NCBI RefSeq assembly: GCF_041146345.1
Contig: NW_027191402.1
Span: 62,001 to 126,000, forward strand
DNA length: 64,000 nucleotides
Source of the DNA: Neodothiora populina
Taxonomy: Eukaryota
Direction of reading: 5' to 3'
Shown: one piece after another, positions 61,308-64,000 of the stretch
Position numbering within the stretch: position 1 is the first letter of the stretch
Layout of the letters: each line of letters opens with the position of its first letter
Position numbers and translations under genes: made by a program
Notes under the pieces: model-generated
The model's database searches: none
The model's input: only the letters and a program-made list of their open reading frames with translations
Told to the model about the DNA's origin: nothing

Positions 61308-63454
61308 TTAGAGTCCGAGTTTCTCCGCCGTCGCCATCAGACTGCCGATAAAAGTGACAATCAGTCTGCTCCTGACCTGGCAGATATCCTCGGGCACCAG
61401 CCAGATGGTGGCGCCCATCTTTCTCGCAATGGAAATGGCCAGCTTGGCGTTGGCATAAGGCTCGCCGATGAGGTCATAGTCAACGTAGCTGGACTTCATG
61501 CCGTTCAGCACATCCAGCAAGAAGACGCCGTTGCCCAGAGACGAGTCCTTGAAGCTGCGCACCGAGGAAGTGCGACCTCCCTTTTGGACCATCGAGTTGG
61601 CCCACGCGACCATGTCGTTGTCGGTGATTTCGCGCTTGCCCATCTTCTGCGCCAGATTGCCCAGGGTGTTGATGATGTCGCGGCGCATGAGTTGCCAGAC
61701 CATACCTAGAGTCAAAGTACGTTGGCCGTCGGTGATGTCGGCGCCTTGAATACCGACCAGAGAGAAGCGGTTCTGTTTGCCTAGCTCGACGGCGTAGTTT
61801 GTGTTTTCGACCGCCTTGAAGCGCATGAGTTCTGCGCCAGAGGCGGGACGCTTGTTGATGTGTCGCATGTTGACAGATCCTGGGATGACCTTGTCGTAGG
61901 CTTGAAGAAGGATCGTGCCATCGCGGAGATCATCGAAGAAGGAAACAACGGTAGGTTGGACGTCCAGACTGTTGAGCCAGAGAGTGAAGACACGAGCCTC
62001 ACGCTCACCCTCGGCGTCGAAGTCATCGATGTCGGCCTTCTCTTCCTCGGTGATGGGGTCGAGTCCCGGGTGAGTGTTGAACAAGTTGGCGACGAAAGCA
62101 AGGTTCAGCTTGGGGTTTCCGGCGACGAGCGAAGTGGGAGTGAGGAACTTGCGGCAGTCGAGCTTGTCGGCGTTGGTGAGGACCTGCTCTGCGCGCTGGA
62201 GGAGGTCGTGGGTCTGCAGAGGGGCGCGAGAGCAGATGTCGGGCTTGAGCTGGTTCAGAAGAACAGTGTAGTTTTCGCCATCCTTGACGTCGCTCGAGAA
62301 GTTGCTGACACTGCATCGGGCAAACGAAGGTCAGCTTATAGCGCTTGAAAGGGAAAGAATGGAAAGAAAAGCAGTGAAACGCACGTTCTGTGCCACTTGG
62401 CATTCTTCAAGTGGTAGTTGAACCAGCGCAGCAAGATCTGCTCCGGGGGAAGACGAAGGAATTGCTCGAGCGTCTCATCTTCGTCGAGCAATCTGTACAG
62501 CTCGGGATGTAACTTGATGTCAATCTTGCCGAGCAGACCTCTTCGGATGACCTGCCAGATGAGACCCAAGATCAAGTGCTCCCTGCCCTCCATGATATCG
62601 CCACTGCCAATGTTCACGACAGAGCAGCCGATGCCCTTGGCGGACTCAATGACGATGTTGTTGTTCTCGGTTTTGTGGAAGTTGTTGAGCGTCTTGATCT
62701 TCTTGCCGGGCCTGTTCATGACACGCTCGTCAATGGTGTCCGGCACACTGTCGTTGATGAGCTTGGCGAGAACGAGACCGTCCTTGCACTCGTCGAACAT
62801 CTCGAAGGTGTCAAGAGGGAAGGGGAGCTTGTGGCCAATGTCTGGGTCGCCGGCGAGGACACCATTGATGTGTCTTGTGAACTCGGTGCGCTCATCTTCG
62901 TTGATGGTGTGTTGAGAGCTGGAAGTGGCACCGCCGACGTGGATCTGACCACCGCCGTGGCTCGCTCTGGAAACGTGTTTGGCCCCACCAGCTCCGGTGG
63001 CCTGCTTAGGGATGGACGCCGTGGGTGCGGCCTGGGCGGCCTGAGAGCCTCCACGGACTTTGGCGATGAGCTGGTCGTTGTGTCAGCCACTATGTTTCCT
63101 TGGTTTGTTCTGCTCGTTATCCAGTTCGGAACATACATCAACATAATCGTCCAATTCCACGCGCCTGGAGCTGTCCAGCTCGACCTCCTTCAGCGCCGAT
63201 CGCACGACATCATAAGGCTTTCCCTCGGATGACTGCGTGGCCTTGAGGACGGTCGCCTCATCTAGGTATCCACGGTCTTCCACATCCAACTTGCGAAAAG
63301 CGTCGGCCAGAGAGAAGATTTCGTTTTGCGCAAACTGCGGGTACTTTCTGTTTGTGGGTCAGTGATTCCATTCGCATTATCTACATGGATACAGTTGTCG
63401 GACGATGAATTTCACGAGATGCCCGACTTACTTTTGTAGCTTCAAGACATTCAT
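61308..63454 (-). CDS. SAC6: Fimbrin
   Basis: MNVLKLQK, an EF-hand-like N-terminus, and CH domains (KDGLVLAKLINDSVPDTIDER, LPPEQILLRWFNYHLK, EREARVFTLWLNSL, NAKLAISIARKMGA). Three introns. Confidence 0.97.
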
Positions 63455-64000
63455 GATGATGACTTTTGTATCGCCTTGTCAAGACGTGGGTGATGGTGTG
63501 TTGTGTATGAGGGAAGTATACGTGGGAGGAGGCAGGAGCAGATCAGTGAGATACAGCAAGTGCCCGAGCGAACAGGGCAGGAGCAGTCGTCTATCAACAC
63601 GCGCGTGTTTCTTCCTGAAACCGTGGAAATCAAGATTTGGAGTAGATTGAGCAGTAGCGACAAGAATGCGAAAGATTTCGACTGTATATGATTGCCTGCT
63701 TGCTAGACAGTCAGGGATCCTGTCAACCTAAATGTAATGTTACCTGTTGCTGCCCTTTCCCTCATCTCACACTCTCTCGCCCGCGCCCGCAATCCGCAGC
63801 CCGCGCTGCCCCGAGCTTCCCATTCGCTCTGCTGTTGCGTCCCCTCACTCCCCTCCAAATGACGTTTTCTCGAGCGTGAACGCGACCTGATTGCTCTTGG
63901 CAAAACCGAAGGCCACCTGCTCCAGGTACTTTGCTGTCGCCTTTGTGCTCACTGAAGGTTAGGTACCTACATGTCGATTACTGAATTGCTGTGCAATCAT

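Noticed and set aside
1..64000. TPP riboswitch, telomerase RNA template, transposon or RIP relics, CRISPR arrays
   Set aside because: I searched by eye for their hallmark motifs and for AT-rich degenerate blocks and saw none. A covariance-model scan would be needed to exclude structured RNAs fully.

Overview
A gene-dense window from a eukaryote, a filamentous ascomycete (Pezizomycotina). This rests on short GT-AG introns with CTRAY branch points, a Zn2Cys6 factor and a PTH11-like membrane protein; a Dothideomycete is plausible but is only an inference. About 26 protein-coding loci can be built. Core genes: dienelactone hydrolase (partial), TFIIIC delta/tau60-type subunit, AP-2 sigma, SRP14, SGD1/NOM1, SLD2, MSH2, VAC14, cytosolic AsnRS, LPD1, condensin YCS4/Cnd1, CDC7 and fimbrin. 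Also present are a Zn2Cys6 factor, a DOPA 4,5-dioxygenase-family gene, an amino-acid permease and three hypothetical genes. An accessory block at about 31-45 kb holds an esterase, a PTH11-like receptor, a GMC oxidoreductase, a probable hydrolase pseudogene, an MFS transporter and an arylsulfatase. I saw no tRNA, rRNA, CRISPR array or transposon, and no clearly new multi-gene system. The best leads are: an orphan protein with paired SILK and RVxF PP1-docking motifs; a permease 5' end where two out-of-frame ATGs pair with two splice acceptors; an intergenic TAAGGTA motif that looks enriched; a 1-nt frameshift in SLD2 (probably an assembly error); and MCB/SCB and CYS-3-like promoter elements. All gene names come from recognising motifs by eye; no database search was run.
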